Source: Podarcis vaucheri
Taxonomy: Eukaryota
Length of the DNA: 64,000 nt
Assembly: GCA_965113315.1 (NCBI GenBank)
Contig: OZ220366.1
Strand: one strand, 5' to 3'
How positions within the stretch are numbered: the first letter of the stretch is position 1; the number at the start of each line of letters is the position of its first letter. Both the position numbers and the translations under genes were made by a program. The notes beneath the pieces were generated by a model. It saw only the letters and a list, made by a program, of their open reading frames with translations, was not told the DNA's origin and ran no database searches. This document shows, piece after piece, positions 40,701-53,841 of the stretch.

Positions 40701-41787
40701 AAATATCCCAGGTGATAGCTTCTTTTAAAAAAAGTAGCTTGAAAGTAGAACTATCCAAGTGAAATTAAGATTACACTTTTTTGTTTCTTTCCTGCACTTA
40801 AGGCTGTCACTATTCCCCCACTCCTGGAAACATTTTACTTAATCTAAAAAAATATATGCATAAAACATTATTTATTGGAGCTGTAGTAAAGTTTAGCTGC
40901 TCTCAGGCTATTAAGCTATCCTTTTTCACTCATTAAACCACAACACATTTCCTCATGCATTATTTAGCATAAAAGCGTGTAACCTCTATTGTTCTTATCT
41001 AGGTAAATCATGTTTGTATTCCAATCACTTTTCCTTGAGCTTAGAATTTTCTTCATCTCCATTTTACCCAAGGACAGCAGGATTGCACCACTTTCCCATT
41101 TGCTCAAGAAAGCTACCTTGTTCTGATAACAATAAGTTAGTGTTTTTGCTTACCGTTCCAACTCCCTGTTTTCTTTGCAACCAGCTCTCTATTAACTCCC
41201 TTTTTTCCTCACCTTGTGTTCCATAGTGTGCTTTCTTCCTTCTGCACCGCCACAAGCTTCTCTGAACCCTGTTCTGATACCCACTCTGCTTTTCTCTGTC
41301 CACTTCACAGCAAAGCCCTATGCTTGCTTGTGTTACATGGTTAGTTCAAGTAAACACCGGGGGGGGGGGAGAGACGGGACACATTGAGGATGAACATACC
41401 TGGAAAGCAACAGTTTCAGGCAGTAAGCCTTTTGAATGAGGTCCTCCATGCATTTAAGAACCCTGAAATATCAGGATTATATCATGCTGGCATTCTTGCA
41501 TCCTTATTCCTTTTGATAGGAAGAGGTGATCCTTAGCCCGCCCACCCAACCCTCTCCTTACATTATATGCTGGTGGTTTGGTATCTGCTGCAGTGCAAAA
41601 TATCATTTGAGAAGTCCAGGAATGCTGCTAACTTCTTCAGCATTGCCTTTCCTGGAAACTGGGCCACACATTTTCAATGAATTCCAACGTCACACATGAA
41701 ATCTATGTAGGACCTGTTGACACAGGCTAGCAAATGTAACAATAATGTAATGCCCCCCCCCCCCCCGGAGTAACCCTGCTACCATCT

Positions 41788-41890
41788 CTTGCAGCAGAAG
41801 CAACAAAAAGAGTCTTGTGGCATCTTAAATACTAGCAAATGTATTATGGAACAAGCTTGGGGGAGTATAGTCTACTTCAGACACATGACA
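41788..41890. mobile_element. Old Penelope-like pseudo-LTR fragment (different family from 29796-30406)
   Basis: aagagtcttgtggcatcttaaatactagcaaatgtattatggaacaagctt resembles the common reptile PLE terminus; heavily decayed. Confidence 0.5.
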
Positions 41891-44029
41891 TATTATCCTG
41901 AGTTACAGGTATATATGTATGTGGGATCCAACAATGTAGTTCCACTAGGGCAAAAACTTTCAGCTGTGCAACAGAACTTTCCCTCCTCTACAAACAAATT
42001 TCTATAGGTCAGGCAATTGTTAAAAGCCTAGGAAGCATGCCAGAAAACAAGTTTTCAACCTTAATTCCACAGTGTTTTCTGTCTGAGAAACTGGGGACGT
42101 ACTGTGGAAACAATGTTGTGTGCAGGCTGAGGAGGATGAATCTCAGAGGGGCAGGAAGACCTGCAACAAGGGCTTAATTTGTGTGAAAGCTAACCAAGGC
42201 CTGGAGTCTAGGGATTATAACATTCTGTTAGAAGCAGTATTTATCTGCACACCTTGTATATGATTGCCAAGGATTTGAGAATACGCCTTTAACTGCTATT
42301 GAATGAACCAACAGTTCCACCTGTGAGAAACTAGCATAAGATGTTTTTGTGCTAAGGAAAGTAGCATTGGTAAAGGAAAGCTTGTACAAATGATGTGAAG
42401 CTGCTATCAAAGCATCTCATTGAAAGCTACACTTAGAACATAGCTAAATTACAGACTTACCTGGTTTAATAGGCCTTGTCTCTTGCCAAGGAGCTCCAGG
42501 AACAGTGATTCTGTGAGAACAGGCAGGGACCTAACAAAAATTTCAGCAACCCTTTGGGGGCATCTATGACAGATGAAGTAGTATGAAACCAGTGAATGTT
42601 TGCTGTGCAGATATACCCCTTCTGAAAGAAATGTTTTGCAGTTGTGCTTTCGTAACAATTATCTTTTCACATGATTTTTGCTAAAACAATCTGTTCTTCA
42701 TATGGAAAACATGTAGTGTGGAGGTGACGGTAAAGAGACAACAGAGGATGAGTATGGATTTCATTTCTATATACTGGAAAGATGGGATCCAGATCTCTGA
42801 CCAGTTCCTTCTTAGGCTCTGCCAAAAAGGAAATCAGTGCCAGCTTCACCACACACACTACGCTTTCCACTGGCAAATCATGCATTCAGAAAGAGGAGTG
42901 TGGGAGAATATATGTGAATCAGCTCAGAGGCACCGGGAGATGCTTTACTGTGATATGCATAGCTCAGAAATCAAAGTGTTTGAAAGGTAAGGAATTCAAA
43001 GCGCCAGAGAGCTGTGTATAATTGCTCAAGATTGCTGTTATAAGTGAAATTATCTAAGGTGGCTAGGAATGATGACAGTGTCCCATCAGCTTCTGAGAAA
43101 TTCATGATTCATGTTACCAAAATGTACAAAGCTGCCCAAATATTAACAAAATGCGGAACAACCTTTGGAACATCTTCAGACAAGACAGAGAAGTTACAGT
43201 ACAAAAACACAAATCATAAAAATCAGGTGCTACAAACATCTGAGGTTCTCCTGCTGTAGAAAAGTAACTGTATCCCATCACCTTGGTCCTAAAAACACCA
43301 ATGTTACATTGTTCTGTCACAGCTCCTTTTCATGGAATGTACAAAATTTATTGGTGTGAGCAAAGCGTCTCTTTGTTCAGTCGACTTTCAACATAATCCA
43401 TTTGCTCTGGGGGATAGCAGAAGAAGCAAGAAACTGAAAACACGACGTTTTTCCTTCCATAGGGATGGATCAAAAGGCAAAGTCAGATTTCAGGATGTGG
43501 CAATGTATCCATTTGGTCCTTACTGCAAGATATGGCACCTACCTAATAGCCACAATCCCCAGCAGAATCCTCTGCACACAATATGGCGTGTGTTTTTTTA
43601 CTGTCAGGACTTAGAACGGAAGAAATAGCCAGAGGTAAGAAGATGGCAACAAGGAATGTGTTGATGTTGCAACAAAATGCATTCCACACCTGGTGCTCGT
43701 GCTATTGCTTTTTAGGCGGATTTAGTGAAGACCGTTTTGTTCTTCAAAGCCTCATAATTTTAATTATAGTGGTAGATCACTTTTAGTGCTTTTAGAACTT
43801 TGCACTAAGTTATTCCCCTTCCTGGGTTTATGTTGGTTTTAAATTGTTTTTAGCTGTTGTGCTTGCATTGGTTTTAGCTGATTTGATTTATTCGTAATCT
43901 GTTTCATTTGATTTTATCATTTAAATTCTGCATTGTATTTTGCATTTTTAATGGTCTGCAAACTTCCCAGAGAACTCAGTTATAGGGATGGTATCTTACT
44001 GTAACAAATAAATAAATCCTAAATGGCTT

Positions 44030-44333
44030 CAGTCCTGTATACCTGAAGGAACATCTCCATCCCCAGACTCTGAGATCCAGTGCCGAGGGCCTTTTGGTGG
44101 TTCCCTCATTGCGAGGTTACAGGGAACCAGGCAGAGCGGCTTCTCAGTAGTGGTGCCCACCCTCCCGTCAGATGTCAAGGAAATAAACAACTATGTTTAG
44201 AAGACATCTGAAGGCAGCCCTGTCTAGAGGGTTTTTAATGTTTGATGCTTTACTGTGCTTGATGTTTTAATTTATTGGAAGCCGCCCAGAATGGCTGGCA
44301 CAACTCAGTCAGGTGGGCAGCTTATAAATAATA
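44030..44333 (+). mobile_element. L2-clade LINE 3' fragment
   Basis: Motifs acctgaaggaacatctc...ttctcagtagtggtgccc...catctgaaggcagccctgt...ggaagccgcccaga...tataaataata. Older L2-like relics near 6578-6735, 17200-17400, 19795-19920 and 34985-35330. Confidence 0.75.
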
Positions 44334-45246
44334 TATCATTTTTGTTATATTACTGAGAGTCATAGTTAAGAACAGTTGTGAAATAGAACACGATGTTCAA
44401 AAGAAATTGAATTTTATTCTCTGAGCATCTGGAATGGTCTAGATAAAGATTCCGCACATTTGGCCTAGATCTAGAAAATGTCTCAACTCTCATGCCTTTC
44501 TACCTAATTCTACATAATTCTTCTGATTATTTTCTTTCCCTTTCTCTCTCTCTCTGGTTAGACAGTCACCAGAGGAATGCTCATGATTAGGCCTTGCAGA
44601 ACCACTTGGAAAGGACAGCACTACACTGTAGATCTGAATAATTTCATTCACAGCCGTAAGGAGTCACAAGAAGTGTATCCCATTCAAGTTCGGCCAGTTT
44701 ATCGCCCCCTCAATCAAGTGGTGCAATTCCTAAAGTAAGTCGTTTCACTTGTGAGATACTTACAAATAGCATTTTGGTGGGGCTGTCAGATGATACTTAT
44801 TATGCCATTCATGAGGCATGCTAGCTCAGCGGGAAGCAGCCACCAGTTAACTGATATCTTTACAAAATAAGGAAGTGACTCTCCCTCTATTGCAGAGCTT
44901 TCCACTATAAATTCATCAGGATTTTAATGTGCATGTCTCCTACTGTACAATTCTGTGTGCAATCTTGCCTAACATACCTGTTTTATAAGCTACTTCCTTT
45001 AATATAATGCATTTCTGTATTTTGTACTCTTATTTTTGGTTGGAAAACTGCATTACAAAGTTCAGAGAAATGTGAATTCTTAAGATAGCTGCATTTCAGT
45101 TCATATATTGTTTCATTAATTGGGTTCATATTATGTAGACTGACTGAATTTCTCCCCCGGCCACCACCACCACTTACAACTTGCAAGTATTGAATGCCCT
45201 GCCAGTGTCCTTTCAGTCCCTAAAAGGGAAGTGTTTTATTTGTAAT

Positions 45247-45362
45247 TTAGATCACTGCATAAGTGCAATCACCTTCTACTTTCAGAACACTTCTAACTGG
45301 ACTGTTAGATCACTGCATAAGTGCAATCACCTTCTACTTTCAGAACACTTCTAACTGGACTG
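45247..45362 (+). repeat. Perfect 58-bp tandem duplication
   Basis: 45247-45304 is identical to 45305-45362. Confidence 0.95.
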
Positions 45363-46567
45363 TGAGAAACCTAAACCCTTACATAGATCCTATCCCAAGG
45401 GAAGATTTTACAGATAGATACTGTGACCAGTATCTTGCATCCTGGGCCCCAATTATTCCAGGAAGGGTCAAATATGTGCAGCATCCAGTGGTAGCATCAG
45501 AGTATGCAGATCTTCATGTTTGTTCTCACATGTGATTCTGGGGAGTTACCAAAACAGGCACAACTATCTCTGAGATAAATACGCAGGTAAAAGAGACACA
45601 TTAGCACATTTCAGTTGGTGCTGGGTTGTGACTAGAGCTTTTGTTTCTTGAGCAATGACTATTGATTCCAAAGGAAAATGCATGCTTATTGTGATAAGAT
45701 GCAGATTCTGCTGAATGGAAATCTTATCCACGTCTCATTGAAACGAATGGAAGTTGCTAAGCCACAGTTTCTGGAGAACCGTATTGTACATGACTAGAAT
45801 TAAAACTGTGTCTTTTGGAAGGAACACTTTTCTAAATATTGATGGGGAACTATGATCAATGAGGTGCATGGACCCAGTTCTATCCGACTGAGACCAGAAG
45901 ACTGAAATATCAAATTGCTAGAGCTCAATGAGGAGGACTTTCCTTTTTATGCTGTCCTGTGTTCCATCATTAATCACAAAAGATTGGCGCTGCCAGTGCC
46001 ACCAACAGAAGCAAAACAAATGAGGAATTTCCAGGCAATGAACTTGGATGCTTTAATTGTTTGACTGTATATCACTGAGAGACTTCATGAGGCAACTGAG
46101 AAATATGATTAAAAAAGCCCTTCTACCTGATTAAGAATTCTTTGAAACTTTAAAACTTGCCCACTTTAGATCAATATAATATATTGTAATGACTGCCACT
46201 AGATTTCATTGAATGTTAGAACTGGACATCCACTCTCCCTTCCATTCTAAACTGAGAGTTGCAAATGGTTTATTAGGAAGCTTGGTGATGGCTGATGTGC
46301 CTCCTTTGTTTTCATTGATGGGTGGCTGATTGGGAGGCAGCCTACACCATTTTGTGATTTTGGCTATTTTTCTGCTCTTTCAGATGTGGTAGCTATTTTG
46401 TGTCATGTCATGCCTTCCCCACACAGCAGCCATTTTGTGTTTTGACACGCCATTTTGTGGTTGGCGGCCAAAGCACTTTCTCAAATTCCAAATGCCCCAA
46501 CTGGTTAAAACAGGTTGGCAACCCCAATTCTAACCACAGTTGCATAGAAGGGCCTCAAGAGCCAAAC

Positions 46568-46755
46568 CTCCTCCACATGCAGCTGCTGGGTGACCTTGGG
46601 CCAGTCACACTTCTGTGAAGTCTCTCAGCCCCACTCACCTCACAGAGTGTTTGTTGTGAGGGAGGAAGGGAAAGGAGAATGTTAGCCGCTTTGAGACTCC
46701 TGAAGGGGAGTGAAAGGCGGGATATCAAATCCAAACTCTTCTTCTTCTTCTTCTT
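46568..46755 (+). mobile_element. Squam3-like SINE, 5'-truncated
   Basis: Near-identical to 58890-59102 and similar to 3386-3633; (CTT)n tail. Confidence 0.85.
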
Positions 46756-47879
46756 TTCTGTCTTAATTTGCACCTTCCATCAGAAGCAATTAATGTCTCG
46801 GGACACAGAGCAGAATGGAAGAACAGCTTGGAAATATACCTTTTTTCATGGCAAGAGACATATCTCCTAATTTCCAGGAGGATTTTTACTCCTAGCTCTT
46901 CAAGCTGCATCTTGTGATCTTAGGCAAAGGCATCTATTTTGCTTCTACTATGGGCTATGCACATGAATCCCCCCCCAAAAAAAGTGGACTGCATTACATG
47001 AGAACCCCCACCATGTTTTGATTCCTGTGCTGATTGTTCAAAGAACAGATATGTGATATTTAGTAACTGCCAGTCCTACCTACATCTCCTGATGCATTAT
47101 AAAAACTTCTGACTCTGTTCAATTGATAAATAATTGGTTTGACACAAGTTAAAACCAATTAAAACCTGATTAAAATTGTGTGATCTGCAGAGCTTCAGAG
47201 CCAACTTTCTGACCTGACGCCATCTTAACTAGAAATCTTAGACCCTGTTCAGTTAAAAGCAGCATAAGGAAAAGTTCCTTGATAGTAAAAAAAAACCCAA
47301 AAAACTGCAAGAGTGGGCTTCATTTGTTTAAAATATTTTCAACTGCTTGTCTCACAGACTCAAAGCAGGTAAAGTAACAATAATATGCAATATTAAATCA
47401 TATGACCTTTCAGATAGAAGACAGATGATTCAAGTACTTTCTGGTATTGCTTTTTATCAGTTTGTAGTATAACAGAGCTATTCCTCCTGCTTTCTGCTGA
47501 GAAGAGCCTATTAAGGGACAGACTGTCTGCTTAATTAGATTTTTTTATGTGATCTAGGAAGTGGGTGCAGCTCTAGCATTGGTGACTAAACTCTATAAAC
47601 TAGTTTAGTCCTATGAAAAGTGAGACAGAAGGCCCACCCATACTCCACTTCATCTGCATTTTGCTGCCTTTACACTACGCTGAGCTCATCTCTTCACCCC
47701 TCTACCTCCCATTAAGAAACAGCAGCATGACAGAGCAGAGTTGTGATGAACATTGTCGCCGCACCATACCATCTGCTATTGTAAGTATCTAAACATCCTA
47801 ACTTTGTTATACAGACTGCTGTCCAATAACCCATTTAAGGAGACATGTCTATGATCTTCGTTTTACTAAAGTTAAGAGC

Positions 47880-48370
47880 AAGTTATCTGTACAATAGGCC
47901 ATAAAAGCACACAGTCATAATTGCAGAACTGCTTTAGTTAGAGACAGAAGACTAGTGTTGTCTGCACAATACATTGAAGGACTTCTAGACTTGGACAATT
48001 TGAGTGAGTAAAAACCAGGTGACAAGGAAGCTACAATCAAATCATTTTGGTATAGATTAAATAATGTAGAAACAAGTATACAGCCCTGGTGAACATGGGT
48101 CTGGTTCAATTACTCTCCAACCCACATCTCACCAGACTCATAGTTTTCTCATACAGGTATATAATAAGATAAAGCAACCTTTTATCAATAGAATAAATGT
48201 ATAATATAGCCTATAATCTATCCCTTGGGACTGAATCAAAGGCAGATCTCAAATCTATACTGGCAGCAGCATATAATCCATTACCAAAAAAGCACATTTA
48301 TTTCTCAGCTATATTGATATAATTCTGTCACTGAGGAAGGAAAGCATAATAAAACTGACTGTTTGACTTT
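47880..48370 (-). mobile_element. Degenerate non-LTR reverse transcriptase fragment (RTE-X/L1-like)
   Basis: Minus-strand motifs IDLRSAFDSVPRDRL, VHQGCILVSTLFNLYQNDL and YCADN (decayed YADD), interrupted by stops. Confidence 0.75.
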
Positions 48371-48769
48371 ATAATTTCTGACTGATCTTGAGTCCCATGG
48401 AACTGCAGACTATCCACCACCATACAATGAGGAGGGATAAAATAAGCATCCCTTTTCCCTTCCCTGAAGTAAAATTCGGAGGGTTCAGAAGTCTACCAAA
48501 GGGAATTATATCAACTACATTAGAGACCAAAAGCAATATGCAAATTAAATTTATCCATCATAATATTTATTATGTAACAACATTGCGTATCCTCAAGAAG
48601 ATCTACAATCCCAAAATAGTGTGTCCTCCACATGTACCTCCCCAGTTTCTTTGCTTTGAGAACATTCCCAAAGGCCTCTTGCATCAGACTCCTTTTGACA
48701 GCAGCCAGAAAGGTGCTTCCAAGAAATCTACAAATCCCCCCTACCATTTTTGTTCTTTAGCCAACAGCA

Positions 48770-48917
48770 TTTGAAGGCCACACTGCCTGTCAACATGGAG
48801 ATTCTATTCAGCCACCATACTTAATAGCCATGATAGACCTGCTCCCCATGAACTTGTCTAAACAGCCTTAAAGCTCCCTAAGCCATTGACCAGCCCCACA
48901 TCTTCTTGCAATGAATC
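48770..48917 (-). mobile_element. CR1 3' fragment interrupted by the mariner MITE (appears to resume at about 49181-49240)
   Basis: Reverse complement of the CR1 end (aatagccatgatagacctgctccccatgaacttgtctaa). Confidence 0.6.
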
Positions 48918-48919
48918 TA

Positions 48920-49178
48920 CAGTGGTACCTCGGGTTAAGTATTTAATTCGTTCCGGAGGTCCGTACTTAACCTGAAACTGTTCTTAACCTGAAGCACCAC
49001 TTTTAGCTAATGGGGCCTCCTGCTGCTGCCGCGTCACTGGAGCACAATTTCTGTTCTCATCCTGAAGCAAAGTTCTTAACCTGAAGCACTATTTCTGGGT
49101 TAGCGGAGTCTGTAACCTGAAGCGTATGTAACCTGAAGCGTATGTAACCTGAAGCATATGTAACCTGAGGTACCACTG
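48920..49178 (+). mobile_element. Tc1/mariner (Tigger/pogo-like) MITE
   Basis: TIRs CAGTGGTACCTC and GAGGTACCACTG, TA TSD on both sides; internal 16-bp tandem units (tatgtaacctgaagcg). Confidence 0.9.
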
Positions 49179-52100
49179 TATTTGTGGATTATGATTTGTG
49201 GAATGTTCTTATCTCCTCTGAATCCACTGTCCATCAGTTTTGTTCTGTGTCTTCAAGTCCTAGTTGTTCAGTAAGTTTTGCAGCCTCTTTGCATAATCAG
49301 AGGCATCTGAGAGAGGAGTTTCTACGTCATAATCTATGGCTGCTTTATGCGACATGTTCATTGTAGTGCAGAATAGTATAGTACATATCATTTGTTACAA
49401 CACTTTTAGGGGAGGATCCTAAAGCAATTCCAAAAGGGGATGGGACTTCCAGTCAAAGTGGGTGGGGAACCTGACATTTGGAATGTACTCTGGGTGAAAT
49501 ACCTTTAAAAACCAGTTTCTATGCAAAGTTGCAAAACTACAGAGAAAAGTCATATAACTCATCCTGAGAAGGTTAAGTACATGTTCACACAGCACCCATT
49601 GCACACTACATGACATGTCTATATGTACCCATCACAACTCTCATCCTCCATATGAAGTTGTGGGTGCTTGTGATCAGAGGTGAGGTTGTACATTATCAAG
49701 TTTCGTTTAGCAGTCTAGAGAGGTAATAAAGGAATTAGAATGCTGAGCCAAAACTGCACCAGAAATTATTGATAGTCAGTTGCTCCTTTACTTTCAAAAG
49801 AGCAAATGAACTGTCTGCTATGCATTTTTCAGCATGTGGCAAAAAGCAAGTTAAACTTCACATACAGATTGCTGCAGGCTGTGAGAAAATTAAACCTGCC
49901 AAGGGAGTCTGCCTCATAGGCCACATTTCAAAAGCAAAATACAATGCCACAATAAAGTCAGTGTTTCCACTGTAATGATATCTCTGCATCCTCTTGGAGT
50001 TTTTGTTACTGTGGTTTTGGCTGTAGGCATTTTGAGAATATGTGGGCTGTATGAAAGTATAAGGAGACAAAGACTATCCCTGAGCTATTCATACCAGATG
50101 AAGCATTTTATTTTTTAAAAAAATATATATCTGCCAAAACAGCCAATTCATATCCTTGTGACAGTGCAACAGTTTAAACTGCTTATAATTATAATACCAG
50201 TGGCAAGTTACACTTGGTGGACTTAAAGCACCCAAAAGCCATTTATGTAGCACCTCTGTGGAAAAAGGAATGGAGCTGCTGCAGTGATCAATTTAGGCTT
50301 TACTTCCTGTCACCTCCACTGCTGAAATCCTCTAACTGGCCAGATGCACCATACACATGCAGCAGCATTGGACTTTGTGGAGATCTGCCCCATGCACCTT
50401 CAACAGCAAGTTGCTTCTATCCTCATGAGCCTTTAGTGATGAATTTACTTCAGCCTCCCTGCCTTAGAAGCTTGATGGCTGAGTCGCATTCAGAATGCTG
50501 TCAACAGGATGCAGAGGAAAAACAAGGAGCAACGAAAAATACTCTTTAGTGCACAAACATTTGTTCCTAGAGTGATAAAGTACAAAAGAGGACAGGGCTC
50601 CTCTGGTCATGCACCTGCTTAAATTCCCTGCTCTAAACAGCTATTAAAGGGGCTAGTGCCTTAACCTTGTCTTCTTCTATCCACTGACATTCTTAGGAAG
50701 AGATGCATTCCTACCCAACTCTCTTCTGTGCAGTCTATTTATTTGCCAGAAGTCCCAGCTGCCTCCCAGTGAGCTCCCATGTTTGGAAAGGTGACATACT
50801 GGGAGTTGCTGAATAGCTGTTGGGTTTGGCCATGGTCAGCAGTCTGGACTGAAGTGAGATGGGAACCAGGAGCCCAGAATGCTGAGTAGATAAGATCAGA
50901 GGATAAAATGAGAAAGCAAGACCAGAGAACAATCCAGGAGTCAGATTCAAACAGCAGTCGGAATCAGAGGGTAAACCAAAGGCAGGTCCAGAGAACATGC
51001 CAGGAGTTGAGATTGAAGAGTAATCAGTAGCAGAGGACAACAGCATAACCAGCATTACAAAAAAGAGCAAAGAATCAGGACTAAAGCATGTACAGGACCC
51101 CAAAGGCATACCGAAATGCAGTAAGACTTTTCACTGTCTTCCAGTGAGACAGGAAGGAGCTAAGTGGTCCGTCTGGGTGGACAGAGGTACAATTATATTT
51201 CCTGAGAGGTTGCCATTGTATAGCACTCCATAGAGGGCAAAATTCTTCACACCATCATTACTCCTTGGTGGGTGGCCACCAGGTATCTCTGCATGTTTGC
51301 AGACATGACTGTAGGGCCTTCTTTATTAAATAAATTGCTCTCTTTTTCAGTACTCCACACATGGGGATAAAAATATTGGCCTGCTGTGAGAATTACTGAT
51401 AAAATGAATGTGAAGTGCTTTGAGCATTCAGGAAGAGAGGTTCGGCTATTACAATTAAAAATACTCAACAAAGGATCATCACAGATACACTGAAAGAAAC
51501 ATAAGGGAAATAATGAGGGGTATTGTTAAAAGTTTCACATCCACCATACTTTTATTTTCATTTCTCTGAGCACTAACCTCTGGGAATTATTTTTCTATCA
51601 AAATTACTATTTTTGTCTTATTGCGTCTTCATTGCTCATCTATATTCATCTTTGGTTTATTCTATGTAATGAATTCATGACAAGCCTCCAAGGCACAATA
51701 ATACTGTGCTCATCTCCCACAGCTTCCATTCAAGGCTCACCAATTGCTTTGCTAACTTCAAATTAGGCTCACTAAGGTGAGGACAAAAAAAATTATCTCT
51801 ATTTTTCATTGATGGGAAAGCGGCTTTGACTTGAGTAAGTGACTCACTGATATGGCAGTGAGCAGATACTATAAGTAAGTAAGTAAGGCCATTGGTTAAG
51901 TTGAGATGCTCCACCAGGACAGCAAGGATGAGTTTAACCTGCAAAGCTTAAGTTAACTGTGAAGCTTAGTTGCTACTGGTTTTATGGACTTGGAAATCCT
52001 TCTCCACTTGATGTTGATGATTGATTAACAGAACTTCTAGAACTGGCATCCCGACAGCAAGTGACATATGTCACAAATTTAATGGCAGGTGGGATACCTT

Positions 52101-52436
52101 TCTAGAGAGCTTTCTTTACAACAGTAGTCTCCAAACAGCAGCTGTGATTTAGTACTCTGGTTCCTTGCTCAATTGATGTAGGAAAAAAGGACCTTCCACT
52201 ACCTTCTTCTTGCTTCCCTTTCATCTTCATCTGTCTTGTTCTTTATCTTTCTACTTATCCACTTGAAAAGCAAACTCTCTTTTCAGTAATTCCAGAGCCA
52301 TAAGGACTGTAGCAAGAAGGACATTATTTATTATTTGAAGCTTCTGTACTTCCTGAAAGCTTTGTATCACCCAATAAGAAGATAGATTTGCTTTGAAACT
52401 TTTGGATTAACTTGGTTATTCCTTTTCTATTTCATT

Positions 52437-52452
52437 TTTATTATCATTTATT
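52437..52452 (-). terminator. Candidate OTC polyadenylation signals (two AATAAA)
   Basis: First AATAAA hexamers found on the minus strand after the OTC stop (52452-52447 and 52442-52437), about 760 nt downstream; another at 52332-52327. No clear GU-rich element follows the first pair. Confidence 0.35.
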
Positions 52453-53210
52453 GTTTTATATCATAAAAAGTCTCAATAAATCTAGAGACATTAATAAAGT
52501 AGTGAGGCAGAACCTTGCTAATAAGGAGGCAGTGCAGGATGTCAGCAAAGAACATTCTTTCTGATTACATTTTAGGAAAGAAAAACTATAGAAAACTGTA
52601 TAAAATAAATATATGTCTATGAACACACTAAATATACTAACTGCATCCAAAATCACCCAAAAACTAATATACCACCATCACTACTGTCAGTTATAATATA
52701 TTGGCAGTTCATTCCTGAGAAGTAAATCCCCCTGAACCTAAGTGTGAGCTCCTAAGTGGGCTTTGGTCTGCAGCCTTAATATCAGAATCTAAAAGGTATA
52801 TTTCAATTGTGTCATTCAGAAACACACCCACCCACCCTCTGATCAGCAGGCAAATATGACAGCTTTCGAGAAAACTGCAGCAGTTTTCACAGTACACAGC
52901 TCCAGGACACATTTATGAGATCAATTCTACTATTGCCTGCCTTTCTGACTCATCCATTTGTTAAAATGTAACCATTTTAGGGGGCTAATCAATATGTAGG
53001 ATGGGGAAGAAAAAAGCTGCTAGATAATGAAATGCAGCTGCAGTGTTTAAGAGATAGAACAGATGCAGAATGAAAGTATGATTGAAACTTCCATTTCTGT
53101 TAATTAATTATCATTGCTTTGATCTTGTTTTTTAGAGAGAAAGAGAGACTTCATGGACCAGAATGGCGAATGCTGGTAAGGAATCTTTTCTCTTGGCAGA
53201 AATCCAAGGA

Positions 53211-53270
53211 TCAAAATGTAGGCCTCAGCAGCTGTGGTGAGTAATCTGTCAGCAGGGACACCATGACAGC
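53211..53270 (-). CDS. OTC: Ornithine carbamoyltransferase last coding exon 10 (AVMVSLLTDYSPQLLRPTF*)
   Basis: 60 nt including TGA (53213-53211); tctcttctag acceptor; matches the vertebrate OTC C-terminus. Confidence 0.97.
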   Translation of the reverse strand, partial: AVMVSLLTDYSPQLLRPTF

Positions 53271-53488
53271 CTAGAAGAGAGAATTAATAAATATATGAAA
53301 TAACCAGCCACACTGGGAAATGGTGCTGCATACATAATGTTAATTTACAACAGTGCAGGAAAATGCAAAGTTTTAATTAAAAAGGTCACATTGATCTTGC
53401 TGTTTATTAATTTATACTGGGGATAGTGAACCTCAGGCCAGGACCCTGAATCTGCACCCATGGGCCTTTGGGACGCCCACTAGGCTCA

Positions 53489-53841
53489 ACAGCTGAGGGA
53501 GTTGAATATGTTTAGCCAGCAGAAGACTAAGGAGTTATAGGATAGCTATCTTCAAATATCTGGGCTGTCACATGGATGATGGGGCAAACTTGTTTTCTGC
53601 TGCTCCACAGGGTAGGATTCAAACCGATAGATTCAAATTGCAAGAAAGGATATTCCTACTAAACATCAGGAAGAACTTTCTGGCAGCAAGAGCTGTTCAG
53701 CAGTGGAACAGACTCCCTCGTAAGGTGGTACACTCTCTTTGTTTGGAGTTTTTTAAACAGAGGTTGCATCTGTCAAGGATTCTTTAGCTGTGATTTCCGC
53801 ATTGTAGGGCGATGAGCTCCCTTACAACTCTACACTGTGAT
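53489..53841 (+). mobile_element. CR1 LINE 3' fragment in OTC intron 9 (antisense to OTC)
   Basis: Peptide ...FKLQERIFLLNIRKNFLAARAVQQWNRLPRKVV... is the CR1 ORF2 C-terminus, followed by the 3' tail. Confidence 0.88.

Noticed and set aside
49110-49170. Short regularly repeated units suggestive of a CRISPR-like array
   Set aside because: Head-to-tail repeats without spacers inside a eukaryotic MITE; the window is vertebrate DNA with no prokaryotic features.
50900-51040. Imperfect ~66-bp direct repeat (ccagagaaca..ccaggagt..gatt) and a 124-aa ORF at 50735-51109
   Set aside because: Might be an LTR relic, but no TG...CA ends, TSD or protein motif could be identified.
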